Positions 29,873-39,233 of a DNA stretch of 64,000 bases are shown here, piece by piece. Position 1 is the first letter of the stretch. Each line of letters begins with the position of its first letter. Below the pieces are notes generated by a model. That model was not told the DNA's origin, did not search any database, and saw only the letters and a list, made by a program, of their open reading frames with translations. Made by a program: the position numbers and the translations under genes. Source of the stretch: a phage; NCBI GenBank assembly GCA_025677605.1, contig GCA_025677605.1_4110.1; one strand, 5' to 3'.

Positions 29873-30389
29873 TGATTTTGACGCTGATGGCATCGGAATT
29901 TATCGAATTGCGAATTTCTCCATATTTTGGACGGATCAAGGGTGTCCAATTTTTGGAGAACGAAAGCGGGTTGCTCTGTTTCTCTCTATCGCAGTCATAT
30001 GCAACGGTCGCAGGTATTTTCATCCCCTGCACTAAAGTACTGGAACTATTCGATCAATTCAGTACTCGTTTTACTCAAATTTTGGGTGCAACTTTCCCGT
30101 AGAAAAATTGACCGCTTGTTTTAAGTAAAACTCCCTTAGCAAATCTGGTAAGGTGCGATCCTTATACATCTATCGAGGAACTCTCTGTATGCTTATCGGA
30201 GTTCTTTATTGAGCCGTGTCGCCGTGTGATCCGTGTCTTATTTCGCGTTTGTATGAATGCACTTGGATGGTACTAACGGGTTTCTTTTGCTCATCGCCTC
30301 AGTGGGAAGGCTCATCTATCCTTTACATTTTCAAGAGAAGTAGGTTCTTCTTGTCCGTTGTTAAAACGTCCACTGACATTTTCCATTAC
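29847..30389 (-). ncRNA. candidate promoter-to-terminator transcript without a convincing ORF (structured RNA or leader)
   Basis: Bounded by the promoter at 30396-30423 and the terminator at 29847-29872; GC-richer than flanks; strong hairpin 29824-29845; three ACACGG repeats (minus strand) at 30203-30228; only short or overlapping ORFs. Confidence 0.3.
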
Positions 30390-30395
30390 AATATA

Positions 30396-30423
30396 ATTAT
30401 AGCACAATATAAAGTATTGTCCC
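30396..30423 (-). promoter_or_regulatory. sigma70-like promoter: AATTGGGACA-N16-TATAAT
   Basis: Minus strand: -35 GGGACA (30418-30423), 16-nt spacer, -10 TATAAT (30396-30401); begins right after the stop of CDS 30426-30839 and points into the ORF-poor region. Confidence 0.45.
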
Positions 30424-30425
30424 AA

Positions 30426-30839
30426 TTACATATAAACTTTTTTCAATTCTTTGCTGCTTCGTTCAAATACTGTTTCAATGAACTCAATATCCTGAAGAAG
30501 CTGAAGAGTACTGGCATCTGTCTCATTGCGTGACACATTTCTGTACTTTTGTTCAGGGTGATTGAATACCACCTTGACTACACTATTTAGGTCTACAAAA
30601 TTTGACGTTTTTTTCGTATAGGAAGCCTGAAGCTTAATATACTTCCCATTATCTTGTAGATTAGTTTTATGAATTAGTTCTTCAATACCTGTAAGATGTA
30701 AATAACTATCTTCTTCTTTGACAAATGTAATAGTTAACAGTACTGTCTTTTCGTCTCCCATGTCAGAGATATTTTTCACAGCACTAACAATTTCTAAGTT
30801 TGAAAAATCTAAATCTTTAAGCATTACACATATTTCCAC
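30426..30839 (-). CDS. hypothetical protein (137 aa)
   Basis: ORF in track. Confidence 0.4.
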   Translation of the reverse strand: MEICVMLKDLDFSNLEIVSAVKNISDMGDEKTVLLTITFVKEEDSYLHLTGIEELIHKTNLQDNGKYIKLQASYTKKTSNFVDLNSVVKVVFNHPEQKYRNVSRNETDASTLQLLQDIEFIETVFERSSKELKKVYM

Positions 30840-31180
30840 AAAGTTCTATAAGTGATAATTTCTTCTCTGGTAACAGAAACTTCATTGCACTTAACACCAT
30901 CCGTTTCATACTCGAATGGTCGTTGTGGTCGATATTCTGTTAAACCTCGTTCATACGTACAATGATAATACTTGTTCTCGTTCATGTCAAGAAAAACAAG
31001 ATCAAATTCTTCAGTAAATCGTCTATGCCCTTTACTTTCATTGCAAATGATTTTGTACTGCACATCTGGACCAAAGGTTTCAGTACTGTCATCCCATGTA
31101 CCATAGTCAGTATACACATCATCTTCATCTAACTCTGCAAGATGCCACATTAACTGTGGTAAAAAGATTTTTGATTTCAT
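30824..31180 (-). CDS. hypothetical protein (118 aa)
   Basis: ORF in track. Confidence 0.4.
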   Translation of the reverse strand: MKSKIFLPQLMWHLAELDEDDVYTDYGTWDDSTETFGPDVQYKIICNESKGHRRFTEEFDLVFLDMNENKYYHCTYERGLTEYRPQRPFEYETDGVKCNEVSVTREEIITYRTLWKYV

Positions 31181-31233
31181 TTATTTTCTCCATTAAAAAA
31201 GGACTTGATTTCTCAAGTCCCTATTATAACATA

Positions 31234-31845
31234 TTACTCATGTTTATCCAACAGCTTTTGTGCCTTTTTTAATGCTTTCATGTGTCGCCCGTACTCACGA
31301 ACATGCCACAGATGATCGTTATCCCATAGCTCTTGACGCAATCTACGTTCTTCGAGCATTTCTGGTGTAGGACGTTTACTTTCCTTCTCAATCTTATTGA
31401 AATAACGATTCATATGTTCTTCAAGAAGATTACGTCCCTTCACTTTATCAAGAAATTCATCAACTGTTTCAGTTTTATTTGAACGCAACTGATTACATCT
31501 CGCACACATAGTATTGAAGTTTGACTCCAAATCAGCACCACCTTTAGATGCAAGATGATTATGATCTACAGTCATCATAACTTCATAAAGACCACATACT
31601 GCATACACATTTAAATGCGGTTTACCATATACCGGATCACTACAGTTAGAACGTTCGATTCGAACTTCTGTAGCCTCGATGCCACAAGCAACGCACTTAC
31701 AATTCTTAACGAATGTTAGTACTTTTTGTGGAAAGTATCTGAAAGTAATACCATTATAAGTATAACGTTTCATTTTGGTACTAGTATGATTGAGTTCATC
31801 TAGTAAACTCAATTTGGTTACATAATAAACATGATATTTAGACAT
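31234..31845 (-). CDS. HNH endonuclease (free-standing, homing-endonuclease-like)
   Basis: HNH core TVDHNHLASKGG...NFNTMCARCN with a Cys-rich zinc-binding region; 203 aa. Confidence 0.7.
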   Translation of the reverse strand: MSKYHVYYVTKLSLLDELNHTSTKMKRYTYNGITFRYFPQKVLTFVKNCKCVACGIEATEVRIERSNCSDPVYGKPHLNVYAVCGLYEVMMTVDHNHLASKGGADLESNFNTMCARCNQLRSNKTETVDEFLDKVKGRNLLEEHMNRYFNKIEKESKRPTPEMLEERRLRQELWDNDHLWHVREYGRHMKALKKAQKLLDKHE

Positions 31846-31846
31846 A

Positions 31847-32161
31847 CTATTCCTTAACTTTTATGTTAACACGAATATTTTGGTCTTGGAGTTTGCGAAT
31901 TGTATCAATTAGTGCATCATATCTCAGTGCACATTCATTGTACATGGAATCCCAACGCGTCAGAACGTTAAGAATTTCATCACCAGCATATCCTCTATTA
32001 CCATGTGAGTCAACAACAATTTTTTTAGGAATTGGTGTATCTTCTTCGCATCGTTCTAATAAGATTTCCTGGGTGATTATTGGTGACGCTTGAACTGGAA
32101 CCTTATTAGAACACCCAGTGATAAACATAAAAGTAATCAAGAATGTTAATATGTATTTCAT
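31847..32161 (-). CDS. lipoprotein, o-spanin-like
   Basis: Signal peptide with lipobox FITGC; 4-bp overlap with the upstream membrane protein gene. Confidence 0.45.
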   Translation of the reverse strand: MKYILTFLITFMFITGCSNKVPVQASPIITQEILLERCEEDTPIPKKIVVDSHGNRGYAGDEILNVLTRWDSMYNECALRYDALIDTIRKLQDQNIRVNIKVKE

Positions 32162-32532
32162 TTAAATTTCTCTCTAGCTGCAAGTGAATTTTGTTTTAGA
32201 TCATTCAAAAGTTTTACCCCTTCTTCATCTAAACATACATTTCTATACACTTCACGCTCAATAATAACTGGTACTTTAGTTTCTATTACCTTTGCATTAT
32301 TTTGCATTATCTGTTTAGTTTCTACATAGTTTTTAGTATTTTGGCTTTCAATTTTACTTAAAGCCGCATCTACTTTCTTCTCTATTTTTAATTCAATACT
32401 TTCTTTATACCCAGTATAAAAAGTATTAGCCTTCCAGCCACCAAAAGTACATGATGCCATCAGGAGAACAAACGCAATTGGTTTCCAGAACGGTATCAGT
32501 ACTTTTGAAACAATAATATCTAGTACACTCAT
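32158..32532 (-). CDS. type II membrane protein, i-spanin-like
   Basis: N-terminal TM helix then charged coiled-coil periplasmic domain; 124 aa; overlaps the lipoprotein gene. Confidence 0.45.
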   Translation of the reverse strand: MSVLDIIVSKVLIPFWKPIAFVLLMASCTFGGWKANTFYTGYKESIELKIEKKVDAALSKIESQNTKNYVETKQIMQNNAKVIETKVPVIIEREVYRNVCLDEEGVKLLNDLKQNSLAAREKFK

Positions 32533-32577
32533 AATAATATCTCCTATAGATGATGATATTATTTAGAGTGCTGAAAA

Positions 32578-33003
32578 TTATCGTTTATCGATCATTGTTT
32601 GTACATGTGCTACGAGATGTACGATTCTGGTATCACCTGATTCATACTTATCTTCGATCTCAACCTTAAATTCATCTTCAAGTTCCATGATCATTTCTAC
32701 CCAGTCCAGTGAATCAAATTTGAATTTTTCTTCAATTTCTAAGGAGGTTAAATGTAAATTCATCAGTACATCTTTCTCTGATACATCACTATAACGACCA
32801 GAAATGAATTTTGCAATTGCTTTTTCAACGTCAGATGGTTCACGTGTACGGTATTCTGGTTCAAGGAACCATTCACCCTTATTGATAGCTTCTAATTCTA
32901 GTTTAATTTCATGCATTACTTTATAACGATCAGTACTTTTATGGATGCGACTAACTTCGCGATTCAGTACACGTAGTGCGTCTTTGATTTGTTCGTTTAG
33001 CAT
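32578..33003 (-). CDS. protein with C-terminal acyl-carrier-protein-like (phosphopantetheine attachment) domain
   Basis: C-terminal FDSLDWVEMIMELEDEFKVEIED matches the ACP DSL motif around the 4'-PP serine; ATG at 33003 with AAGGTGA RBS. Confidence 0.5.
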   Translation of the reverse strand: MLNEQIKDALRVLNREVSRIHKSTDRYKVMHEIKLELEAINKGEWFLEPEYRTREPSDVEKAIAKFISGRYSDVSEKDVLMNLHLTSLEIEEKFKFDSLDWVEMIMELEDEFKVEIEDKYESGDTRIVHLVAHVQTMIDKR

Positions 33004-33015
33004 TTTTTTCACCTT

Positions 33016-33048
33016 ATAAAAAAAGAGAACCTCTCATGAAGTTCTCTT
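33016..33048 (-). terminator. rho-independent terminator
   Basis: 8-bp stem AAGAGAAC/GTTCTCTT with 10-nt loop, followed on the minus strand by UUUUUUAU; about 30 nt after the stop of the 927-aa gene. Confidence 0.5.
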
Positions 33049-33078
33049 AGTTTATATCACTGTTTGTTGGTTGTCAAC

Positions 33079-35862
33079 TTATAATTCACTATAACGATTG
33101 TGTGAGTTCAGTCTGTACATTGAGTACAAACCAAGACCACGCATGATTTCACCAGCCCAAAATCCAAAGAACATCCCATTGTCTGAATCTTCTCGAACTG
33201 CTGGACTCCATGAGCCGTTCATCGGTGAACCTGGTTTTGTTATTACATAGTTATTTTGCAATTCATCAACCAATCTGTCAACCATTTCTGGTAAGCGTTC
33301 AATCTTGCACCCAGCTAAGCCACATGCACTACCACCTGCCAACCACAATCCACACATATGTCCTGTGAAATCCCATGCTGGGCCTTCAACTGTTCCATCT
33401 TTATTAAAGATTGTTGGTGAACGACCTTCATTTTCATCCTGGAATTGAATTAAAAAGTTAATCCAGTTCTCACAGAACTCAACCAATTCAACTGGTGGTT
33501 CTTCACCACGCTCTGCTAATTCTTGCCAGCAACGAGCCGCCCCAAAGAATGCACGTGGTTCATATCCACTCCATGCTTCATCACCCCAGTGTAACATTGT
33601 AAACGTATCAGGTTCACCATATTTGAGGTTGTCCCAGCGGTTCCATACATATGCCTGTGCACAAGGACCAACTGTACCGAATTGGTTTGTAAACCATTCT
33701 TGTGAATCTTTCATAAAATCCAACATATTACCCATTCTTGTATGGTCTACTGGTTCGTCTTTAAAGCAGTAAATTACTGGGTATTGGTATCCAGGATATG
33801 GTAGTCCACGCCACCCACCGTACTGATTTGCATATGGGTCAGTAATATTTGAAAATGGAATAGTACCAGGAGTGTAACGTAACGAATTTAATTCATAATC
33901 TTTAATTACACAATCCCCCAAATACGCCGAATATGCTGCTGTTCCAGAAACAGTAATAGAGAATGTCATTGTATAGTCATCGCCATTTTCGGATGTATAT
34001 AGTGGTGGAATATCATTTATACAATACCATTGGATTTTAGCAGTCCCATTGATTGGTGTTGTATCGGGTAATAGAGTGAAATCTTCCAATTCACTATATA
34101 CTGGGGCTTCTGGGTCAGGATCATCGCTGTGATTTGGCTGATACCCAGAAAGATGTAAATCCTCTGGTTTCAATTCTATTGTGGTCCATTCGCCATGTGT
34201 AGCAGGAATCATCCACCACCAACGCCATCCATTATCATCTTCGATTCTGATATTAAAATCATCATCATATGAACGATATGTAAAAGAATTAATAGGTGCT
34301 TTTTCTGAATCCAGTAGCCAGAATCCAACAACTATACCACCATCTTCACCAGTACTGATATCGCATATAGTATCAACTCTGGAACCAAGAATATCAGTAC
34401 TATATTCCATTTTATATATAGCCCCACCATAATCCACTACTGAACGACTGTCAGCCATAATATAAGAGCTACCATCATCTTTCTTCTCACGGACAAAAAC
34501 ACTTAATGGAGTTTCAGAGTGTTTAATTTCAGTACTGGTACTCAGTGGTAAACCACAACGGTATCTTATAGCATCATTATCACTTTTTGTTTTTGATAAG
34601 TCAAGTACTGGCTTAAATGTTAATGGAGAACCATCATCACATATTCCACCATAATCAACAACCAATTTCGAATCAGAATTTAGTCTGAACCATATTGCTT
34701 GCTGTTCAAGAGTACTTTGTGCACTTTGTTCCTGGCGTATTCTGATATAACCATCAACGTTGCGGGAATATGTAGCAATCGCATCACTTGGATAAAAATA
34801 ATCATATGAAATACCATCAGTAAATGGCGTAGATACTTTAGTACTTTGTCTGAAGAATTTATCAAATGCATCAATGTCACCATATGCATAACAAGTAAGT
34901 AAAGAACATTTCCATCCAAGATAATGTTTTCTTTCCTTTGTTATTTTATATAACAAGTAAGAAGCATCACTGAACCATAATTCAGCATCAGATGCGTTAT
35001 CAGCAAAGTCAAGCGTAATAGGAACATGTAATGGACGGTTGTGTTGCATCTGATTACGTGCGATGTACGTACCACCAAATTCAACAGGTTGTCTATTAGC
35101 GAAGTTTAATTTATAAACACCATTTAATGTTCTGTCTTTTACCTGTACTGTTCCTTTTTCTGACTCATAGTGTCCAGTACTGATAATATCCCCATTATAA
35201 TCTACTTTACGTCCTAAGTAATCAATTACCCAATCAACATCATATTGTTCACCAGGGTTATCCCAGTCAGTACTACCATCTGGTAATATTGCCTGTACTG
35301 ACGCGTTAATCTGATTCCATGCAAGTGCACCTTTGAATGCAAAAGTAACTTTATCAAGGAATTGACCATAATACGGCTCATCATGTGGAATACGACATTG
35401 ACCATCTATGAAATTAAATTCTACGCCTTTGAATCCACCGTGAGTAGGCCAATCATCATCTGACAAAGGCCAGTTAGCAAGTATTGGTTCTTTAGCATTC
35501 ACAATCCAGTTACATTGTAATGGACGTGGTGGATCTGGAAACTGTCTATTAGCATAAAAATATTTGTGATATGCGTCCCAATAATACTTAGCTTTATCCA
35601 AAAACATTTCATCATTAGTTGCAAGATAAGCATAGATATAACCAATGATCAAAAGACTTTGACCCTCAGTTGTCCCGTCACCATTTGGTTGACCTTCCAT
35701 TGCACTGAAATTAATAAAATGACGGTTATTTGCTAATACACCTTGATCGTTTATTACGTAATGCTGTTTTGTTGGATCTACTGTATCACCTGTATTTCTT
35801 TCTAAAAATCTATGATGACCATAAAGTAATTGTATAACGTTATCTATGTTATATTTTGTCAT
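33079..35862 (-). CDS. large virion-associated protein, possible polysaccharide-degrading enzyme (about 927 aa)
   Basis: ORF in track; ATG at 35862 removes a 50-nt overlap with the upstream gene; W/Y/G-rich C-terminal half reminiscent of glycoside hydrolase folds (inference only). Confidence 0.45.
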   Translation of the reverse strand: MTKYNIDNVIQLLYGHHRFLERNTGDTVDPTKQHYVINDQGVLANNRHFINFSAMEGQPNGDGTTEGQSLLIIGYIYAYLATNDEMFLDKAKYYWDAYHKYFYANRQFPDPPRPLQCNWIVNAKEPILANWPLSDDDWPTHGGFKGVEFNFIDGQCRIPHDEPYYGQFLDKVTFAFKGALAWNQINASVQAILPDGSTDWDNPGEQYDVDWVIDYLGRKVDYNGDIISTGHYESEKGTVQVKDRTLNGVYKLNFANRQPVEFGGTYIARNQMQHNRPLHVPITLDFADNASDAELWFSDASYLLYKITKERKHYLGWKCSLLTCYAYGDIDAFDKFFRQSTKVSTPFTDGISYDYFYPSDAIATYSRNVDGYIRIRQEQSAQSTLEQQAIWFRLNSDSKLVVDYGGICDDGSPLTFKPVLDLSKTKSDNDAIRYRCGLPLSTSTEIKHSETPLSVFVREKKDDGSSYIMADSRSVVDYGGAIYKMEYSTDILGSRVDTICDISTGEDGGIVVGFWLLDSEKAPINSFTYRSYDDDFNIRIEDDNGWRWWWMIPATHGEWTTIELKPEDLHLSGYQPNHSDDPDPEAPVYSELEDFTLLPDTTPINGTAKIQWYCINDIPPLYTSENGDDYTMTFSITVSGTAAYSAYLGDCVIKDYELNSLRYTPGTIPFSNITDPYANQYGGWRGLPYPGYQYPVIYCFKDEPVDHTRMGNMLDFMKDSQEWFTNQFGTVGPCAQAYVWNRWDNLKYGEPDTFTMLHWGDEAWSGYEPRAFFGAARCWQELAERGEEPPVELVEFCENWINFLIQFQDENEGRSPTIFNKDGTVEGPAWDFTGHMCGLWLAGGSACGLAGCKIERLPEMVDRLVDELQNNYVITKPGSPMNGSWSPAVREDSDNGMFFGFWAGEIMRGLGLYSMYRLNSHNRYSEL

Positions 35863-35863
35863 T

Positions 35864-36493
35864 TTATACCCCTGCTCGAATAAGAGCACCGTACCATGTA
35901 ATACCACCATCATAGGTTTCTAGGGAAATTATATCTTTTTGGGATTGTTCATATGAAAGAAGAACTTGACGATTGAATGACCATTTCACATTAGAACTCC
36001 AGCTTACAAGATTTGAACCTGTGCCTTGTTCTATGATAACAGTGCAATCATATACTTGAGTTTTAGCATTAGGAAGGATATTAATTGTAGTGTTTGGTTT
36101 GTTTAGAGTTAAATTAAAAACTTTATTACCAGTACTGGTATCTATATCGTAACTATCAGCTTGTGGTAATACTGTCACAGTACTGTTGGAGCTATCATAT
36201 AATGTAACCCATTCAGTACTGTTTGTGTCATTTGTTGTGCGTGCTTGTATTTTAACACCGTTATTAGTCTCTGTCATCCCAGCCCACGCAGCAATCTGTA
36301 ACGATTGGTTGCTATCTGTTCCTAGTGTTGTAATCACTGAATTACTTAAATGATTATCTGCACCAGAAATTTCGTGTGTTCTGATAATATTAAAAGACGA
36401 TGTATCAAATGTTAATATTGGTTTTTTAAATTCAGCTTTCGAGAATTTAACAACACCAGTAACTTCCATTGTGGTGTAAAAGGAAATAGCCAT
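35864..36493 (-). CDS. hypothetical structural protein (209 aa)
   Basis: ORF in track; T/S/N-rich beta-type composition typical of fibre or adhesin proteins. Confidence 0.4.
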   Translation of the reverse strand: MAISFYTTMEVTGVVKFSKAEFKKPILTFDTSSFNIIRTHEISGADNHLSNSVITTLGTDSNQSLQIAAWAGMTETNNGVKIQARTTNDTNSTEWVTLYDSSNSTVTVLPQADSYDIDTSTGNKVFNLTLNKPNTTINILPNAKTQVYDCTVIIEQGTGSNLVSWSSNVKWSFNRQVLLSYEQSQKDIISLETYDGGITWYGALIRAGV

Positions 36494-36577
36494 AATCCAT
36501 CCTTAAATTAGTTATTATTGGGTATTTATTGGTCTAAGTGGATTTTTTAGACCCATTTAGACCAATATTCAATAATA

Positions 36578-37819
36578 CTATTTCTTACCGTACCACTGCA
36601 TTTCTCGAATATCGATTAGAACTTTTGCAGCTAGTTGAATGTTTGGTTTCTTTGGTAGAACTGACTTAGGATACACCACATTGCGGATATAGTCAACCTT
36701 TTCATTGAAATAATCCATGACTTCTTCATACTTCCATTTACCGTTGCGGATATCCATTAGCATATCAGCATCAGGACGTTTAACAAGGATAATACCGCTT
36801 TGTAATGCTTCTTCGGCACTATTTAGCAGCCTGATCGTATGCATAGCATGTTTTAGATCGAAGCCGTGCTGTGATTCCATAAGAGCACGTTTAGCATTAC
36901 GATTCTCTTTCCATTTGTGATAACTTTTACGGTTCTCACTGTTCTCACTGTATTCTTTTTCATTGAATTTGACAATGAGTTCAGGTCGTACTTTCAATTC
37001 TTCAGTACTGCGTTCTTTGTTGAAATAACGTAAAGAACCATCAGCGTTAATTGTACTTTCATTAGGATTGATAATAACACCAAAGATATTTTCACCGTAA
37101 TGAATTAATTCGTACCCATTGTTATAATCCAATAAGTTGAAATCACGGTCTAGTACTTTATCAGTACTGTAATTATGTACTAAACGTACAAAATGATACT
37201 GTTTCAACGGATGAGTTGAAACTAACTGCAATGAAGTATCACGCATGTATTTTTCAAAATCTATTTTCTTAGCATTAAATGGATGTAGTTTAGAAGTATC
37301 TAAACGTTCTACCAAATAGTGTGGGAAGTTTTCATACATCCATGCTAAAGTTTCATCTACTGGAAAATCTTCTAAGATTTCATTTAGACGTTTTTCAGCA
37401 ATACGCTCTTTATCCATCCACCCGTGGTGATTGGACATACGCTTAACCTGATTATATGCATAACCGGTATAAGAGAATGCAATCTTAGAACTAAGTAATT
37501 GTTGATTGAATGTACGTAGATAATCATAGATTTCAGTACTTTCTACGATGTGTTCAGGATCAACCCATAGTGATTCAAGGATATTTGGGTTAGCCTCTGT
37601 GTATAGTCTTAAGTACTGATTTAGTTCATAGAATTTAGTATCTTCTTCTCTTGAATCAGAAACTTCTTTTACATTATAAAAAGGTGTCAGAATGAACTCT
37701 TTGTTAGCAAGAAAAATACCACGATAATCCGTATCACTTTCAGGTGTACTGGTTCCATACGCTTGTGAACCTGCTAAGTGCTTCACAATTGTTTGTTCAA
37801 GAAATTTGTTATTATTCAT
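36578..37819 (-). CDS. polymerase-beta superfamily nucleotidyltransferase (413 aa)
   Basis: N-terminal hG[GS]x9-13Dh[DE]h motif (LAGSQAYGTSTPESDTDYRGIF); ATGA overlap with the upstream gene. Confidence 0.55.
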   Translation of the reverse strand: MNNNKFLEQTIVKHLAGSQAYGTSTPESDTDYRGIFLANKEFILTPFYNVKEVSDSREEDTKFYELNQYLRLYTEANPNILESLWVDPEHIVESTEIYDYLRTFNQQLLSSKIAFSYTGYAYNQVKRMSNHHGWMDKERIAEKRLNEILEDFPVDETLAWMYENFPHYLVERLDTSKLHPFNAKKIDFEKYMRDTSLQLVSTHPLKQYHFVRLVHNYSTDKVLDRDFNLLDYNNGYELIHYGENIFGVIINPNESTINADGSLRYFNKERSTEELKVRPELIVKFNEKEYSENSENRKSYHKWKENRNAKRALMESQHGFDLKHAMHTIRLLNSAEEALQSGIILVKRPDADMLMDIRNGKWKYEEVMDYFNEKVDYIRNVVYPKSVLPKKPNIQLAAKVLIDIREMQWYGKK

Positions 37820-38217
37820 AGATGTAATGTTAGCTCCTTAAGAAACCCATTATAGTACTTCATGAAATCTTTATGAAGAACTTTGTATTCTGATAAACTA
37901 AAACCTAGATTGATTATAGTATCTTCTTGAAAGAACTTTTCTTCTTCGGATAAATCCAGAGAAATAGATTGTTTGCCACCATTTAATATTTTAGTAAAGT
38001 GTAAACCATCATTATTGATTTCAACGTACATGAAGTTATTTTCACGGTCACGAGGGCAAACAATATTAATGGAACTTTCACCAGTATCATCGTATTCGAA
38101 TGATATTACATCATACTCCCCGATTCCATAAAATTGTTTATCACTCTTGTAACCACTATATACTTTTTTATACGAATCCATCTGTCTTATGGTGCTATAC
38201 ACATCATCAAGATCCAT
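37816..38217 (-). CDS. hypothetical protein (133 aa)
   Basis: ORF in track. Confidence 0.4.
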   Translation of the reverse strand: MDLDDVYSTIRQMDSYKKVYSGYKSDKQFYGIGEYDVISFEYDDTGESSINIVCPRDRENNFMYVEINNDGLHFTKILNGGKQSISLDLSEEEKFFQEDTIINLGFSLSEYKVLHKDFMKYYNGFLKELTLHL

Positions 38218-38220
38218 ATA

Positions 38221-38724
38221 TTAACTCCTGTAATATTGTAAGTATTCGTTCTTTGCATCATCCAATTCTTTTTGTTCCTGAATTTTATTGTCGATATCTT
38301 TCACGTTAGTAATACTGTTATATAGTGCGTGAAGTACAAGAAAATCAGATACAGAAGTTGAAAAATCCTTCCACCCAACCGATATTTTAATACGCACACG
38401 TATATCACGTCCGTCCATCCAGAACATGAACCCTCGATTCCCACGTAAATCATTAATCATATACACTTTAAAACAAGAATCTCGTGTGCTGCTTTCTAGT
38501 CTTTCAAAATCTACATGAATACTGAACAAGTTTTTTGAACAGTACTTACAAAATGCATAGATAACAGGATCACATTTTGAAAGAAGATATTTGTTTTGGA
38601 TAATTTCTCTGCGATCTTTGTCTGATTTAATATTAGGTACTAATAAAGTACTTTTGTTTAAAATCAACGCAACTAAGTACTGAATAATATCATTATCTTT
38701 TACTTTATGTTTACCGAAGATCAT
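38221..38724 (-). CDS. hypothetical protein, member 3 of a tandem paralogue trio (167 aa)
   Basis: Shares N-terminal (…SD/TD-x-D/E-R-R/K…LS-K/S-H/C) and C-terminal (L-x-L/F-H-x-L…) blocks with the two adjacent genes. Confidence 0.45.
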   Translation of the reverse strand: MIFGKHKVKDNDIIQYLVALILNKSTLLVPNIKSDKDRREIIQNKYLLSKCDPVIYAFCKYCSKNLFSIHVDFERLESSTRDSCFKVYMINDLRGNRGFMFWMDGRDIRVRIKISVGWKDFSTSVSDFLVLHALYNSITNVKDIDNKIQEQKELDDAKNEYLQYYRS

Positions 38725-39224
38725 TAGTATAATCCTTTTAGTTTATTAAATTCATTAAGTTTATGCTGCTCGTATTCTAACTTCTTGTACTTTGTTTCAA
38801 GCTCACGAAGTGCAACGAGTAAATGAAACAAAAACATTTGTTCATGTTTAGGTAGAATATTCGCATCTCCGTTAATATAAACAAATGTATGTTTTTCATC
38901 ATAATCTTTAGATGAATATGTTACTGCATTAAAATCAACCTTAGTTTCGGTATCAAACAATTTTACACGGTTGATATGATTACCATATATGAATACTGGT
39001 TCATATAACCAACGTTCACCGTATGGTTCTTTAACTAGGTCTGTGATTAGTTTCATTAGAGAATGAGAACTTAACATTTCTTTAATTTTAAGTATAGTTC
39101 TACGATCTTCATCAGTACGGATAATTTCTTTTAAAGAATAGCTTTTCATCAGTACTGGAAGAATTAATGTACACCACTCTACATTTTCTCTTTTGTGATC
39201 ATTATTTTTCTTTTTGAAAAACAT
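38724..39224 (-). CDS. hypothetical protein, member 2 of a tandem paralogue trio (166 aa)
   Basis: SLKEIIRTDEDRRTILKIKEMLSSH and MFLFHLLVALRELE blocks paralogous to neighbours. Confidence 0.45.
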   Translation of the reverse strand: MFFKKKNNDHKRENVEWCTLILPVLMKSYSLKEIIRTDEDRRTILKIKEMLSSHSLMKLITDLVKEPYGERWLYEPVFIYGNHINRVKLFDTETKVDFNAVTYSSKDYDEKHTFVYINGDANILPKHEQMFLFHLLVALRELETKYKKLEYEQHKLNEFNKLKGLY

Positions 39225-39233
39225 AGTAACCTC

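Noticed and set aside
29769-30023. 84-aa minus-strand ORF (MKIPATV…) as a protein gene
   Set aside because: It reads through a strong GC hairpin and a terminator-like hairpin plus T-run (29847-29872), and its RBS spacing is poor; coding is not excluded but not supported.
29706-30425. tRNA gene(s) or a group I intron in the ORF-poor region
   Set aside because: No T-loop-like GTTCRANYC or its complement, no cloverleaf-sized acceptor pairing, and the flanking ORFs do not look like two halves of one interrupted gene. Kept as a candidate ncRNA instead.
36522-36565. 10-bp inverted repeat ATTGGTCTAA / TTAGACCAAT upstream of the nucleotidyltransferase gene as a terminator
   Set aside because: The loop is long (about 19 nt) and no U-run follows on either strand; possibly a protein-binding site, but unsupported.
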